Source: the human T2T-CHM13v2.0 reference genome, Homo sapiens
NCBI RefSeq assembly: GCF_009914755.1
Contig: NC_060927.1
Direction: 5' to 3' (one strand)
Length of the DNA: 64,000 nt
The position numbers were made by a program, and so were the translations under genes. Of the stretch, positions 43,374-58,900 are shown one piece after another. Below the pieces are notes generated by a model, which worked only from the letters and a program-made list of their open reading frames with translations, did not search any database and was not told the DNA's origin. Within the stretch, counting starts at the first letter, position 1; every line of letters begins with the position of its first letter.

Positions 43374-43741
43374 TCAAACTGAAATAATTCAAAGTACTTG
43401 TTATTGTTGACTTGAAATTTTTTAAATTGAGAAAAGCACTATCTCCTTAAGCACATGTATGACATTTCTGTCCCCTGGAGCAAATTTTTTTTATCTTTTG
43501 TTCTTTCTTTAAATTTTAATTGTATTTCACACAGTATTTGTATTTTAAATATCTTTAAATACCCCAGTAAAATAAATCACTATTTGTGAGCTACAGTCCT
43601 TTACTAGTTCACTCCACTCCACTCTAGTTACTCAAAACTCATAACGGAAAATTACTCAACAATCCTAAAAATAAAAGCATCAGTGTGTGGTGGCAAATGG
43701 CAGGAGAAATTCTATTTCATTGGTTCTTCTAGTAATATTGC

Positions 43742-44270
43742 CACCCACAATTCCATTACCTGGTATGTACCCAAAGGACTATAAATCGTTCTATTATAAA
43801 GATAAATGCATGCATATGTTCATTTCAGCACTTCATAATAACAAATACATGAACTCAACCTAAATGCCCATCAGTGATAGACTGGATAAAGAAAATGTGG
43901 TACATATATGCCATGGAATACTATGCAGCCATAAAAAATGAGATCATGTCCTTTGCAGGGACATGGATGGAGCTGGAGGCCATTATCCTTAGCAAACTAA
44001 TGCAGGAACGGAAAACCAAATACCACATGTTTTCACTTGTAAGTGGGAGCTAGATGATGAGGAGTCATGGACACATAGATGGGAACAATACACAGGGCCT
44101 CTTGGAGGGTGGGAGGTGGGAGGAGGTAGTTGATCAGGAAAAATAACTAATGGGTACAAGACTTAATACTTGGGTGTTTAAACAATCTTTACAGTAAATC
44201 CCCATGACACAAGTTTACCTATGTAACAAACCTGTACATCTATCCCTAAACTTAAAATAAAAGCTAAAGA
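43742..44270 (+). mobile_element. 5'-truncated L1PA (about L1PA10-13) 3' end
   Basis: ORF2 C-terminus and 3'UTR ending AACTTAAAATAAAAG. Confidence 0.85.
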
Positions 44271-45370
44271 CAACATGAAAATCTCACTGAAGCTGGTTCT
44301 TTGTGTGTTGGCCATACCTGAATGAATCACCTAGGCAACTTGGTCTATGTAATTTCCTTTATAAGCAAATTATATATGTTCTGTTATATGATGTCAAACA
44401 TAAGAATAGAGGTAGTCTTTTTTGATGCAGGAATCTATAGCACAGCAGGTGATATTGGTAACTGATTTATATGTGAAACTATTATGCATACTTTAAAATG
44501 CCCAATATTGATACCTAACTGAAAACCAATTTTTAAAATATTTCTGAGGAGGCAAAAGTCTGTGTGTAGCAAAACACAGATTTTCTGAGATTTTATTGAA
44601 ATTTAGGAAATTAATGAAAATTTGGCTTACACAGACTTTATTCAAATGGCAAGTGTCATTAAGACAAGATGTCATATAATTTCTCTTAAAATAAATCATT
44701 TATTTTCAAATAGAATCATGGTGACTGTTCCAAGTATTTTTCTCCTAAAATAAGTAAAACCCTGTGAATCTAGACAGAAACAGAGCGAATAGGGCATGAA
44801 AGAAATTATTACAGTGGAAAGTTATTAGCTAGAATCAAGGGCCAGCTTAGAGACAGAACAGGAAGCAGAAGGTGAGTTTGATCTTTAGCCAGATCAGAAG
44901 CCATGCACCATGGAGGCCATCTGGATGCCGGAAGTTAGTTTAAATTCTGGTCAATGCTTAATTTGGAGTAAGTCTTTAAATTCTAGGGAAAGAGCAAGCC
45001 TTTCCACAGACAGGCTATTTTACATATTCTACAGAATATTTTACTACTGTAAAATATTCTAAACTTATCATTTAGAAATGCCATAGTCAAAGAAGCTAAG
45101 ATGCAAAATGACATTATGGTGCAACCCTAGGAAATCTGAAATCTCCGTATTTACTCAGATGTGTAGCATATGTTGATATTTTCCTTTTTGTATTCTTTAG
45201 AAAAAAGTTCACCATCCACTTAGGAAAATAATAATTTTTTTTTAAGTTTAAACAGCATTTGTTGAAATTTGCGATGTCTGATATCTTTACAGCAATTCAT
45301 TTCTTGGAATGTTAATGTTTCCCTTAACTCTTGCCATTTACTTATTGCTGTCATATAAAACCATCTAAGA

Positions 45371-45552
45371 CAGTACTGTTCAGTAAAGTAGCTACTGACC
45401 AGATGTAGCTATTTAAATCAGAATATAACTTAGTTAAAATAAAACATATTAAATATCCAGCTCCTCATTTATACTAGCCATATTTCGAGTCCTCTGTAGT
45501 CTTGTAGACCAACTATTTCCATCATCAGAGAACGTTCTAAAGGACAGCCCTA
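45371..45552. mobile_element. hAT-Charlie MITE, MER3/MER33-like
   Basis: CAGTACTGTTCAGTAAAGTAGCTACT...CTAGCCATATTTC...CATCATCAGAGAACGTTCTAAAGGACAGC. Confidence 0.65.
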
Positions 45553-45560
45553 TTCTAGAG

Positions 45561-45778
45561 ACGATGTTGGTAAGTTATGGCCCATTGGCCAAATCTAGCC
45601 CACTGCCTATTATTGTGAATAAAGAATTATTGCAACACAGTCACACTCTTCTGTTCAGTATTATCTAAGACTGCTTTACTATACAGTGGCAGAGTTGAGT
45701 ACTTGTAACATATACCTCCCACAAAATCTAAAATATTTACTATCTGGCCCTTTGCAAAAGACATCTGCTGGCCCCATA
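45561..45778. mobile_element. hAT-Charlie MITE, MER58A-like
   Basis: GGCCAAATCTAGCCCACTGCCT...CTAAAATATTTACTATCTGGCCCTTT. Confidence 0.75.
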
Positions 45779-47341
45779 TCTAGGCTATTGTCTAAAGTGC
45801 ATTTTTAAGGGCTATTAAGGTGAATAGCTCTTGACGTTTGTTTCCCATTCTTTTAATTTTCATGTAATTTATGTTTTGCAAAAATTTGTTTCAAGGTCCC
45901 TATCTTCTATCTCAAGCTCTCTTTGCAGTGTGCTAGCCTTAAGTGCTTTTTCAGATTCAGGTAAGAAAATGATTGCAATGAGTGGCTACTTTTGTTGTTT
46001 ATGTCAAACTGAAGTCATAATCTCTATAAATTTTGGGAATGCTGAGTGTTACAGTGGATAGGCCTGACATTACAGCCACAAAATGTATCAAAAATCAGTT
46101 TGGAACTGGAAATATTTACGTGCTCTTTTCTTCATGTCTGTTTCATAATATGTGACAAATGCAGTTCACGATGTTACTCAGTAATTTGAAGTTCATTTTG
46201 TATTTACAGACTCGATTGCACTTTATATGCAAATGACTCATTATACTTTAGAAAAGCAGTATGTTAATTTGATTAATTTCTTACCTTATTTAAATCTTAT
46301 GAAATGTCACCTGCCATTCAATCTACACACCAGTTATAACAAAACAACAAACATTACAAAGAACTGAAGCATTAAATTTCTCCTAATCAGAAGGTGGATA
46401 TGACAGGATTCACTTTATGCACATATGAATACTGAATATGTTGGAGGTTTGGAACTCTCTGTTTCCAACGCCTCCATGGGCCCTAAGTAACAGACTCTTA
46501 ATAATAAAATTGTCCATCTAAAATAAACATCTGGGAACGTTGATTTCATTTTCTATGTGGTTTGCAGTAGTTTTTGAATTAGACAAGCTCTGTTTGCAAG
46601 GCTGAGGTACACTATAAATAAAACATTGCTTTGCAAGTATCTTTTTGTGGCAACTCCTTGTATCTAACATGATGCCATCCCCTTTGAAGGAGTTTGTTTC
46701 CTCTTGTCATTGCCTTTGGTCATGGGGAATGATAAGGATAATTATGTTGTCTACCCCTGTGATATTTGGTGCTGTGTGTCTCCCTGGTAGGATGCCATAT
46801 TTCCTCTTTTCAAAGCAGCTTCTGTTCCTTCTGTCCACTGACTCTCAGCTTTAGGGAAAGGGGAAATGTACAGCATGACACTGCAGGCGAGAATTTATTC
46901 CTGGAAGCCACTGAAGGGAAATTAGCATGGTTAGATGAAAAAAGGAAGCCTTGAGCAGAGCAACCCTGTAGATCAGGTGGCTGTCGTACAGTAATGCTGT
47001 GTGTAGAAGGAATAGTATTTTAGGCTGTAGACTTGTGTCTGCATGTGGTTCTTCTGGTGTAACAGGATGGTTTATTAAAGAGAATAAAACTTTGGGACTC
47101 TTGTTTGTCCCAGCAATGCCATAGGAAATTGTAGCACATGAAAAAATATATAGTATTAGGGGATTCACAGACCAGTAGGAAGTCTAGGGGTATTTAGAAA
47201 GAAAGAAAACATATGGAAAGGAAATAAAGTTATTGTGTGTTTAAGGGATTAACTGATAGAAGAGAAACACTAATTTAAAGACTATTAAAATATTAGAAAA
47301 GTTGAAGAGAAGATTAGAAAAATAAAAGATATTCAAAGCTA

Positions 47342-47384
47342 GAATCTCAGGTATGTGAGAAAGGATAGCTCATACCTGAGATTC
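47342..47384. repeat. Perfect 14-bp inverted repeat with a 15-nt loop
   Basis: GAATCTCAGGTATG (47342-47355) and CATACCTGAGATTC (47371-47384). Confidence 0.9.
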
Positions 47385-50300
47385 ATTAGGAAGGAGAAAT
47401 TCAAAAGAAACACTGAATAGACCAATAACAAAGAAAGTATATTAAATCATTCTAATTGGCTTGATCATATCTGAGGAGCTAAATATTCCTTTTTCTAAAA
47501 AAAAATTGATGTTTATGTTAAAGATTAGCCTTTTTAAATTTTTGGTACTATTAAATATAGTATTTTTTTTTCTTTTTCTTTGTTTTAAATAAAAAATGGC
47601 ATTTATTATTTTCAGGCTTTGTTAGGAATAGTTCTTATTTCTCATTGATTACTCTAAGTTTTTCATAAGATATTTACTCTGAGGTGGTTCTGACTTGCAT
47701 TTTCTTTTCACTGGATTACTTAACAAGGAGGCTTTGCAGCCTTTTCACTGAGAATCTTTGTAGTGACCTTGAGTAAACTAGGAGTGTGTAAGCAGACATC
47801 TGGTAATTCAGAAATTTGTTGTTTGCAATCAAAAATAAAGGGAAGATTAAGTAAATATGAGAGATATGTATAGCCAGATTAGGAGAATATTATTAATGAC
47901 TTTAGACTATTATATATATATATTTAATTGATGTTTATAAATAGCTTTGCTCCCTGTGGTTTTGTAATATAACATTTACCAAACTTCTTTTTTGATAGAA
48001 TTTACATATGGCACATCAGGATGATTAAAAGCCAGCAGTCTTTTCACAGCATGGCAAAAAAAAATAGGATTTGATTTATCTTCATGCCTTGCCTATCCCT
48101 TGCTGTGACTGTACTTTTGAAATTTTAATATTCTCATTTCTCATGAGAAGTTTGTTATGTAAAATATTATGTAAATAACTTTCTACAGTTCTGAGAATTG
48201 TTTCTTGAATCATTATTTAACACAATAATTGTGTGATGTGAGAAACAGTATACTTAGTTCTCAGAATCGATCATGTTTTCTTAAAGCATGTGTTTTAACT
48301 TAAGCAGAATTATACCTATTCTAACATATTGGAATGTTGAAATTGCTAATACAGTAACTTTTTCAACATTTTTTAAGTATCAAAATATTCAGGCTATGTA
48401 GAAGCATCTACCTTGGCATATATTAGCATTGTTAAAACATTTTTAAAAAATTAGCCCCAGAACTGAGTTTGTTTTTCTAGTACCCAATGTAATTCTGAAT
48501 TCAATGTTAAATTGATGCAATGTAAAGAATATATGTTAAAATCTTATATGGTTATCAAGGCTGATTGGTCAAGTACAAGTACGCATGCATGGTTGTGTGT
48601 GTGTGTGTGCGTGTGCAAGAAATAACATGTTAATATGAGAAGAAAATGTGTTTATTTCCACAAATAGAATCATCAAACTGTTTGGTGATTATAGATTATG
48701 CTATTTAACATGTCTATTTTAACATGTCATATTATAACCAGTTAAATTGAACAATATTCTGATTTGTGTAAAATAACTACAAACTCACTTTAATAATAGT
48801 ATCCCTTCTGAGGACAATGGGATTCTGTGGGGAAAAAAAAATGTTATCTATGACTCCATGTAAAATAATGCTAGTTACTGTGAAATTAGAACTAATTATA
48901 TATCAAAATTTAACAGCATCATCTTCAAATTTATCATAACCTTGACTCATAAGTAGCATTTGTGCTCCAAAATCAGAATATGTTTTGACTCGGGGCTTGA
49001 TGGTCATGCCAGAAATCACAGACAGCTAATGGCAGTGTCAAGATTTGAGCTCAGGGACAAATATCTTGCAGATGTTTATAGCAAAAGTTTTGTTCATATC
49101 ATAATGTATTGTTTTATCTAAAAATTATATTGTTCTTCCCCTTATCAATAAAACCAAGATATATAAGATTTGCTTTAATATTGCCATTTTTGTCTATAGT
49201 ACATCCTCCTTGGGTGTGGGGTTATGTGGTGAATATTTAACATATTAAACAGGAAGTGTAGGAATAATTTCCTTCCAATGCCATGAGACACAATTCTAAT
49301 AAGAACTCACACTCATATAGTCCCTTTAATGGTGCCACATCTCATATACAGTGTCTAAACCACTTTCATGACCATAGTTCCTTTTGATCCCCACAGCTTG
49401 CCAACAGCTCTGTGAAGTGAGATTCTCATTAGATCCATGACACAGGTGGAGATACCAAGGCTTCTTGGAGAAGGGCACATGGTTATGAAGGGACTATGCT
49501 GAGATGCAGGTTCAGGTCTTGAAAGTAGCTGTGCCCTTTCCACTTCGCCACAGCTGCTTTCATGAATGAAAGAGGAAAGAGACTGCTTTGTTCATGTTTG
49601 TTTTAATGCTTTAAAAATGTATATATTACTGAGACGTTTGAGATGCTGGGAAAGATTTCAAAGTTAAAAGCCATGGTTGGAGGTCAGGGTCAGATGACAG
49701 ACACTATGTTGTATAAAATTTTTATCAAGAAAACTATTGTCAGAAAATTGTTGATGCAATTTCTAGTCTGTTTATAATAAAATCATGGTGTTAAAATCAC
49801 TCCACATTCACGGCTTCTGTGGGAGATTTGATTCTTTCTGATGTACTTGGGTTTCTGCCATTTCAGTCTGATGTGGGAAGTGAGAGAGGTGATGGCTGGG
49901 ATACAGGAAAGAGTGCCTAATCAGCTACACTGACCTTTAAGGACTATAATATCGTGAGTTGAATACATTATATTGCAGAGCTATATATAAAACATTGCGT
50001 GGGGAGGCAGAAGAATTTGAAATATATGCTTTTTAAGACTGAATATATTTGTGAGAGAAAAGCCTTCTTAATACAACACTAAGATTATCAGTACTTTTGC
50101 CTTCCCTTATACAGGGAAGCCTGAATTTCATACCTCTATGATGGATTCACAAACATAACCTTCTCGGTTTAAATGACACTTAAAGATAATTTAAATGACA
50201 ATTATTTAGATTTACATTAAAAAAAAAAAACAGCTGTATGAGATTCTTCCAAGTCTTCTAGTGCTTAACTTGTGGTTTCACAATTTTGCCAAGTAGACTG

Positions 50301-50779
50301 ACACAGAAGGCTGTAATAGATCAGTGTGAATAAGATTAACTATATGGAAACATTTCTCAAGAGTTCAAAGTGTGCTAATTATATCAGTAAAATAAAATAT
50401 TTTAGATGATACTAAATTTAAAAAATGATTTCATATTTTTTATTATTGTCATGAACTACTTCCAGAACATGCGAAGCATTTGAAGTTTTCAGAGTATCTC
50501 AGTTCCTCTTTTAACTTCTCCAATGCTCATAATGCCTAGTGTACAGAAATTCCTTTGCAAACATATCCCTAGCACCCCTACTAAATGCCTTACTAATGGT
50601 ATAGATGCTCTAGCTCTTTCATTCCAAATTTTCTTTAATTTTAATATATTTATCTTTAGTTCTATTCTGTTGGAACAACACCAGGTAATTTAATTAAATC
50701 CTTATAAATAGTTCATTTACTTGCCAATGACTGATATGTATTCCTCCATTTATTATTTTTCTTTATTTTTTAATGGGGT

Positions 50780-51140
50780 AGAAATGCAATGGATTGGGTA
50801 AGAGAGGTGGATAATTAAAGATAAACCATGTTTTCAGCTTGAGCAACTTGGTAAATGCAAGTGCCATTTCTAACATAGGGGAAATGGACAAGGTGACGCT
50901 GAATAAATGGACAGTGGTGTCGTTGGATAAAATCAGGATTTCAACTTTTTAAATACTAAGTTTGAATTGCCTCTGTGACTGCAAAGTAGAAATGTCATGT
51001 AGAAAGTTCAATATATAAGTCTAGAGTTAGAAAAGAAATATGACTGGGGATGATAATGTCTGATTCTTGGAATAGGTATGATTATTTCAGGAGAGTAAAA
51101 GAGAGACCAGAGCCCAGGAGGAAGCCCTTGGGATTTTCAT
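50780..51140 (-). mobile_element. L2 fragment
   Basis: CAGCTTGAGCAACTTGGTAAATG...AAGTTTGAATTGCCT...GTAGAAATGTC is typical of L2. Confidence 0.6.
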
Positions 51141-51794
51141 CATGATAAATCTATTCTCCCGTAAGTGCGATTTTAATGGAATTCTTACTTTCAGCTTGCA
51201 TATTATCATATTATTCATGTTATCATAAAAGCCAAATGAAATCTTGTAGGATTATATTCATTTTCATCAAAATCTGTGTGATAAAGGTGGCAGTAATCAT
51301 ACTAAATTATAACCTGTAGTAAATAATATGCTCCTAAATCTCTTTTAATTACCAAGGACAAACACACCAGAGCCTCTTAACAGTACTCTACCTACCAAGT
51401 ATTTTGACTTTTTTAGGTACTGGGCTCTATTTTAGAGCCTTGTGGAACACAAATGTCAGTAGATAAACATACAATATTTCATTGACATCCTTAAGGACAA
51501 ACAGATACTTGGCACTTTAGATTTGAGACTACTTAAAACATATTGACTATAAAATAAGTTAGATATAACAAATATGCTCATCTGTGCTGACATCCACAAC
51601 TTTCATGCCAGTGGATATGTAATCAACATTTACGGCACGGTTTTCCTGAACTGAGACTTGGTTTCAGAGTCCTCCTCTGTACTCTAGTACAAACTCTCAC
51701 ACTGAAATGTAAAGATTAATCTCATTTATCATTTCCCTCTATTATCATAAAGTTATCAAGCATTTGCAAAAGGCATTTTATTGCAATAGAAACT

Positions 51795-52165
51795 GTGTTC
51801 ATCTACTAGGGTTCCCATAAGAAAATACCACGTACTGGATAACTTAAACAACAGAATTTACTTTTCTATAGTTCTGGAGGCTGGAAGTACAAGATCAATG
51901 TGTCAGCAGGTTTAGCTTCTCCTGAAGCCTCTCCCTAAGGCTTGCAGATTCTTCCCACTGTGTCCTCATATGGTTCATCCTCCGTGTGTGTCACTTCTGT
52001 GTCTCTTTCTTTTCTTATAAAGACACTTGCCGTATTGGATCAGGGTCCCACCTTTCTTTTTTTACTTATTTAACTTTAATTTCCTCTGTCTCCAAGTACA
52101 GTCATTTTGCAGGTTATGGCTTCAATATGTAAATTTGGAGGTGAGGGGTACAATTCAGTCCACAA
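51795..52165 (-). mobile_element. MaLR LTR, MLT1A/B-like
   Basis: AAATACCAC..ACTGG..TTAAACAACAGAA..AGTTCTGGAGGCTGGAAGT...ACAATTCAGTCCAC. Confidence 0.75.
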
Positions 52166-52215
52166 TTCAATAAAATTATTATAATAATATATAATCTAAT
52201 ATTCATATAATCTTC

Positions 52216-52440
52216 AGCCAATTTGACACATATATACATTTATATATTTATTATATATACATGCGTGTATATATATTAGCCAATTTGGCACATATATACA
52301 TTTATACATTTATTATATATGTGTGTATATATAAACACAGATCATGTATGTGTATATATGTCACATATATACACACATGCTTACACACACGTCTGTACAC
52401 AAACACATATGCATGTATATACATTATATTCACAAATATT
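52216..52440. repeat. 62-bp tandem duplication within a TA/CA-rich low-complexity tract
   Basis: AGCCAATTTG(A/G)CACATATATACATTTATA starts at both 52216 and 52278. Confidence 0.8.
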
Positions 52441-52787
52441 GAATGTAAATTGAATTCAAAATTGAATGAATGTGATAGCTTTTTATGATAAGTATAAAGT
52501 ATTACCAAAGTTTTGACATGTATTATTAATAGGTAGATAAATGAGAGTAGATATCAGAAGAGCATTTAGAAAGGAAAGATAGGAGAACTATATATTAAAA
52601 AAATGACTAGGTACATTACTACAGGATAGTAAATGCCAGACTTCAGAGAAAGGCTGAATAGGTTCAAATCTTGGGTCCACTCATTGTATAACCTAGGGAA
52701 AATTACTTCTTCCTCTACACAATTACAATGAAAAAAAAAGCAACACTAACAACAAAATCTGAATCTTGAATTGTTGAGGGAATTAAA

Positions 52788-52866
52788 TTATATATATATA
52801 TATTTTTATATATATATATTTTATATATATTTTTTATATATATATTATATATATATATATATATGT
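52788..52866. repeat. (TA)n microsatellite inside a MIR remnant
   Basis: Seen directly. Confidence 0.9.
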
Positions 52867-54187
52867 ATAGTGTTTATGTCAGAGACTGGCACAAAATAAG
52901 AGGCCCCTAAATATCCTTTATTATTATCTGTAGGTTGAGTAGAAAAAAAGTAGGCAGAAAAGCATAAGAACGACATGGAGTATACACTGTGTTTTAAAAA
53001 ATAATTCTAAAAAATCAACTTCTCATAATCTTCTCTCATGAAAATATAGTGGCTCTCACTCAATTGTGCTTTACTAAGACATAATCTATCATCTCTCAGT
53101 GAGTGATTGCCTGCCCTTTCCCATGGGTTGATTGCATTATGGCAGCTCCTAACTTTTGCTACTTTTAAAAATCCTTAAGATGCCCTGTGACATTGCTTCC
53201 AGGTTTTAGAGCTGTCTCTCACCCATTGAGCCACAAAAAGTGAACCTTGATCTAGAATGTGCACATTGTAGATCATAAAGGCTAGCTCTCTCGGTCCCTC
53301 AAAGAAGCACAATGAGAAAAGAGATATCTTACTGCTATAATACCTAATTCCTGCCCTGAGAAATTGTTCTCATTCCCCCAAAAGGAGTTTACCTAAACAT
53401 TAATGAAATTGATTGAACAAAGACCTTTTGATTATGTTCTAGACATCATGCTAGATACTGTAACAGCTCCTTCAGAATAAAATTCATTCTGCTTTAGAAC
53501 ATTGTCATGTCATCATCCTATCACCTTTTCGTCTCATAAGATAACTTGCATATTATATTTACCAGGCTTTTAATGAATCTTTAAAACTCATATAAGCATG
53601 CCACTGTTGAAATCAGTCATAAGAATGGTTTTATGACAGCATGAAAATCTTTATAAACAGTATTTTGAATAGCCTATGCCCTAGCTCTCTTGTTAAGCTT
53701 ACATTTAAATATATTGACATAGCTATTAAAAGAATTAGCTGCATTTCCTCCACCTACTGCAAAAAGAAAGAAAAACATTATCCCTATTGCTGACATGATT
53801 ATATTATTTCTAATAAAGAATGGTCTTGAAAGCATTTGAGCCTGTTAGCTAATTATTGCAACAACATAAGAAAGTTTAGCATCAAATATGTTAACCCTAA
53901 TGTCAAGAGTGGCAAATATTTCACCTTTAAGTGAGCAGTACTTTATAACTTTAGTAATTGAAATCATTCAACTATTTAAGAGTACATTGTGCAGCTAACT
54001 CATGCTAACTCATTGGACCAGACCAATCAGAACAGAGTTCTCAAACTCATATGGTCTATATTGGTCAAACTATCATTTTTATCATTAAATGTGCTTGTTA
54101 TATGGTAGAAAATCTAGAGAAATCAAGAACTTGTACACATTTTTCTCCATAAGCTGTGTTACTTCCTCAGAAAATTCATTCTTTTGA

Positions 54188-54647
<460 letters not shown>

Positions 54648-54659
54648 AAGTTCTAGAAC

Positions 54660-54996
54660 TCTTAATCCATTTTGTGCTGCTATAGCAAAATACCACAGGC
54701 TGGGTAATTTATAACAAACAGAAATTTATAGGGTCACAGTTCTTGATGCTGAAAGGCTATGATCAAGGTGTTGGCATCCAGCAAGGGCCTCTTACTCTGC
54801 TATCACATGGCTGAAGGCAGAAGGGCAAGAGCAAACTCACTTCTTAAAGCCCTTTATATAATGGCATGTATTGACTTATGAGAGCAAAATCATCATTAAT
54901 TAAACATCTCCCACTGTTCTCCACCTTTCAACACTGTCACATAGGGGATTAAGTTTTCAACACTTGAATTCTGGGAGACACATTCAAACCATAGCT
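54660..54996 (-). mobile_element. MaLR LTR, MSTC/D-like
   Basis: TCCATTTTGTGCTGCTATAGCAAAATACCACAGGCTGGGTAATTTATA...CATTCAAACCATAGC. Confidence 0.75.
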
Positions 54997-55360
54997 CCTT
55001 TGGCCCAAAGCATAAATATCAAAGCATATGTTCAGTAAAACTTCATTGGCTTCCAATATCCTGATAGCATCCATTTTTGTTTTTCAAATTAGAAAGCAAC
55101 TGTAACATTTATGGGTACAAAAAGAGAAAAAATTAAATGATTAATAATAAAACACAATTTTTAAGAAAAAACTAATGTCAAGTAAGACACAGGCAAATAA
55201 TGACACCTTGTTTTGAGAGAGGATGTGTTTCTGGTTACAATAAATGTAAAGGAGAGAAAAATTCACAGTTGGACCAATATGCAAGTATACAGTAAAGGAA
55301 GGCTGAAGGAGGCCCATTGAGCTAGCTTAAATAAATTACAGATTTATATAAAAAAGAGGA

Positions 55361-55792
<432 letters not shown>

Positions 55793-55885
55793 CTAGATTG
55801 GGCATAATTGACAATGGGCCACTTTTACAATTTTGCATATCTCATGGCTAGAGCTAAATTTGTTGATAATATGCTACATGTGTTC

Positions 55886-55960
55886 AAAAAAAAAGAAAAA
55901 AGGAGAAAAAGGGAGGATAGGAAGGAAGGAAGGAGAGGAGAGGAGAAAGGAAGAGAAAAA
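55886..55960. repeat. GA-rich polypurine tract
   Basis: Seen directly. Confidence 0.8.
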
Positions 55961-58900
55961 ATAGATCTTGAGCGGTGCTTTGTGAACAATCATGTTTACA
56001 TACTCCTAAATCGATAACTTTGCTGTTTCTTAGGTCATCCAACTCCCACCCAGACCTGCTCCTTGTCAAAACCTATACACTGGCTCTGTCCTTGCACTTT
56101 GGTTTTCTATAAGTCTTGGCAGTTTTGTAAGGCACAATGTGTCTTTAAAAGACACAACGGAAGAAAGCATGCTGATGTGTTATTTGGTGGGCTGGTATGG
56201 GACTAATAATTTTTTGAAGTTGCAGTTAATCATGCCAATAATAAGCATGGCATCGTTGGTTCCTTAAACCTATGACTACAGGAAACATTAATTAAACAAA
56301 TGCTTCTTAAGCACTTAATATGGTGGAAGTGTAAAAAACCAATTGTAATGACTATTTTTTGGGCTCTTACTATGTTCCATGCACTGTGTTATGTGTATTC
56401 CACACACAGTCTCTTTCAATTTTTAAAACACTAAGAAATAGAAAATGTAATTCTGTTTGTTTAATATATAGGGAAATTTTAGCTTAAAAACTTTAATAGC
56501 CCAAGGTCAGATAGTTGGTAAGGGAGTACAGAGAGATTCCAAACTATATCTGTGTGATTCCAAAATATATGTTATGAACTGATAAACTGTATACCACTTA
56601 CTTCAGAATTACTCCCGTAAGCTCAAGTTCAATGTGTCTGACCTATTCATTGCTCAAGATTTAAATATCATGTTTCCTAGATGCTCTGAAACTATGAGGT
56701 CTTTTTTCACATCTGTGTTTGATGCATCCAATATGGACCGAATAGGGCTGGGTGGACCCCTGCTGCACTCTGAATCATAGACCAAAGTTGTGGTTTAGGA
56801 GCAGTATCATAAAATCTGGCACTTTCCAAGGCATATTTTTTCCCATTCACCTTCTAGGGAAAAAAGTAAACCTGAAATTTAATTTTTTATGTCAGGTTGG
56901 ATGAAGAAGAACCAGAACTTCTGCTTTATATGATCTCAGTTTACCAGAGATCTAAATTTTGGTATGAGAGCATATAGATTAAAATGCCTACTAATTTCCA
57001 TCAAATGAATTTCTTTCCCATCCAGTTTCCCAGTGCAAGAACACATGGGAAAGCCACAATTTTAGAGGAAGTATTTTATTAATTAAATAGCACATTCTAT
57101 ACCTAAAATATACCTGACCATGGCAGCTCCTCATACAGTAATACCTCTTATGAATGTCCTAAATTTTACTTCTTTATTACCTTTATGCTCAAGTCCCTGA
57201 ATATAGATTTTTACCTTCCTAAGAAGGTGATCTGATAAGAATGTGCTTCAAAATTCTAGCACCATGCTGGGCAAATCTTGGATAGTCCTGTTGTTTGTCA
57301 ATCTTGACACCTCTTTCATTTTTTAAGGCAATTAATCACCTGCGGTGATACTAAGGTTTGCTTGGAATTTTTACATTTTGAGTTGCTTCTTTGATAGCAT
57401 CATCCAGATTTTATTAAATGGGAATCAAATAAACAATTAAAACAGCTAATCGTGCCATCTCCCTCTCTTTCCCCTTGCTGAAAGACACAGGAGGCTTTTC
57501 AGCCTTCTTTTTCAACTCCCCCTCTCTTGTTCTTTTGTTTTCAAAGCTGATCAGAAATAAGATACCCTAAATATATATATAATATTGCTAACATTAGAAT
57601 GGGCTCCAAGAAATTAAAATAACACTACTAATATTAAATTATATATGATAAAATTAATTGGATAAAAGATAATAAAAGGATGGAAGTGGTAGTAAATTGA
57701 GTTGCAGATATCAGCTGCAGCTGACTCACAGACATCAGAATACTAAGATGAGGACTGCATTGATAAGTTGATTTCCCTGCTAATATCTGTTTTCTTTATT
57801 GGTAAAGAAAAGATTACAGAGTCAAATGTAAAAAAGTGAGTCAAATAAGGCCAAATAAGGTAAATAGCATAGTAAATAATTCAAGAAGTAGTCGGCAGGC
57901 AAAAAAAATATTTTGAGACATCTAAGCCAAGACTATGCATATATAGCAGAGAAAAATCTGTCAAACACCATCTTTTTCAATCACAGTGTTTTATATTTGA
58001 AGTTGTCTACAGAAAGTATTTGTTTTTATTTTGTAAGCTTTTTATGGTTAAAATGAAAGAAAAGAAATTTATTTTTCTTATTTTTTTAATGTCTGGAAGT
58101 AGGGATTCAAGCTGATAAACAAAATATATTGTGTTGAATTTATACTATTTTGATGAATATATATATATATACATCAAAATTATTGAAATAATGAAAATTA
58201 AATATTTGTTGTATTGATGCAAAATTTCATTTGAAAGCTGCATTTTTTCAGGCTGGTGATAGCAGATCTGTAATATAATATCTAACAAATGGATAGTTCT
58301 TTGCAAATATTTGTTCAGTGCTAAGCACTTGGAAATTTGGGCATGACGATTTCATAAAATTCAAGCTGCTATTTATGATTGTTTGAATTATATAGTGCGA
58401 TGGATGGCAGCAATTAACCAAGAAAATATGAAGTGAATTATCCAAATAATTAAATCAGAGGCTAAGCTGTAATTACATATTGAAAATCCACTTGCAACAT
58501 TTAATTATTCAGCAAGACTTGCATTATTTTTTGTCATAGAGAGCTGTTTGATATGGTGGGAAAAAAGCTGACCTGGCAGTCAGAAACCCTAGCTTCTGCT
58601 GTCAACTACAAAACTATCCCACTCAGTGTCTTATTCTGTCACAGATTCTCTAGCTTTAATATAGGAAAGGAATTTGTGATTGCTTAGGCCCTTTCCACCT
58701 CAGAAAATGTTAGGAGTCACTGTAACACATGTAGAAACAACCAACCCTATGTAAAAACAACCAACCACGAAGTTGAATCTCCACTTTAGTCAACATGTGA
58801 TGCATTATTTAGACTTAGGAAAGGGATCGCTGGTGCTCATTATCATGAAGACAATCAGCTTTTGGAGGAAAATTTAAAACTCCAGCAAAAATCTTAGCAT

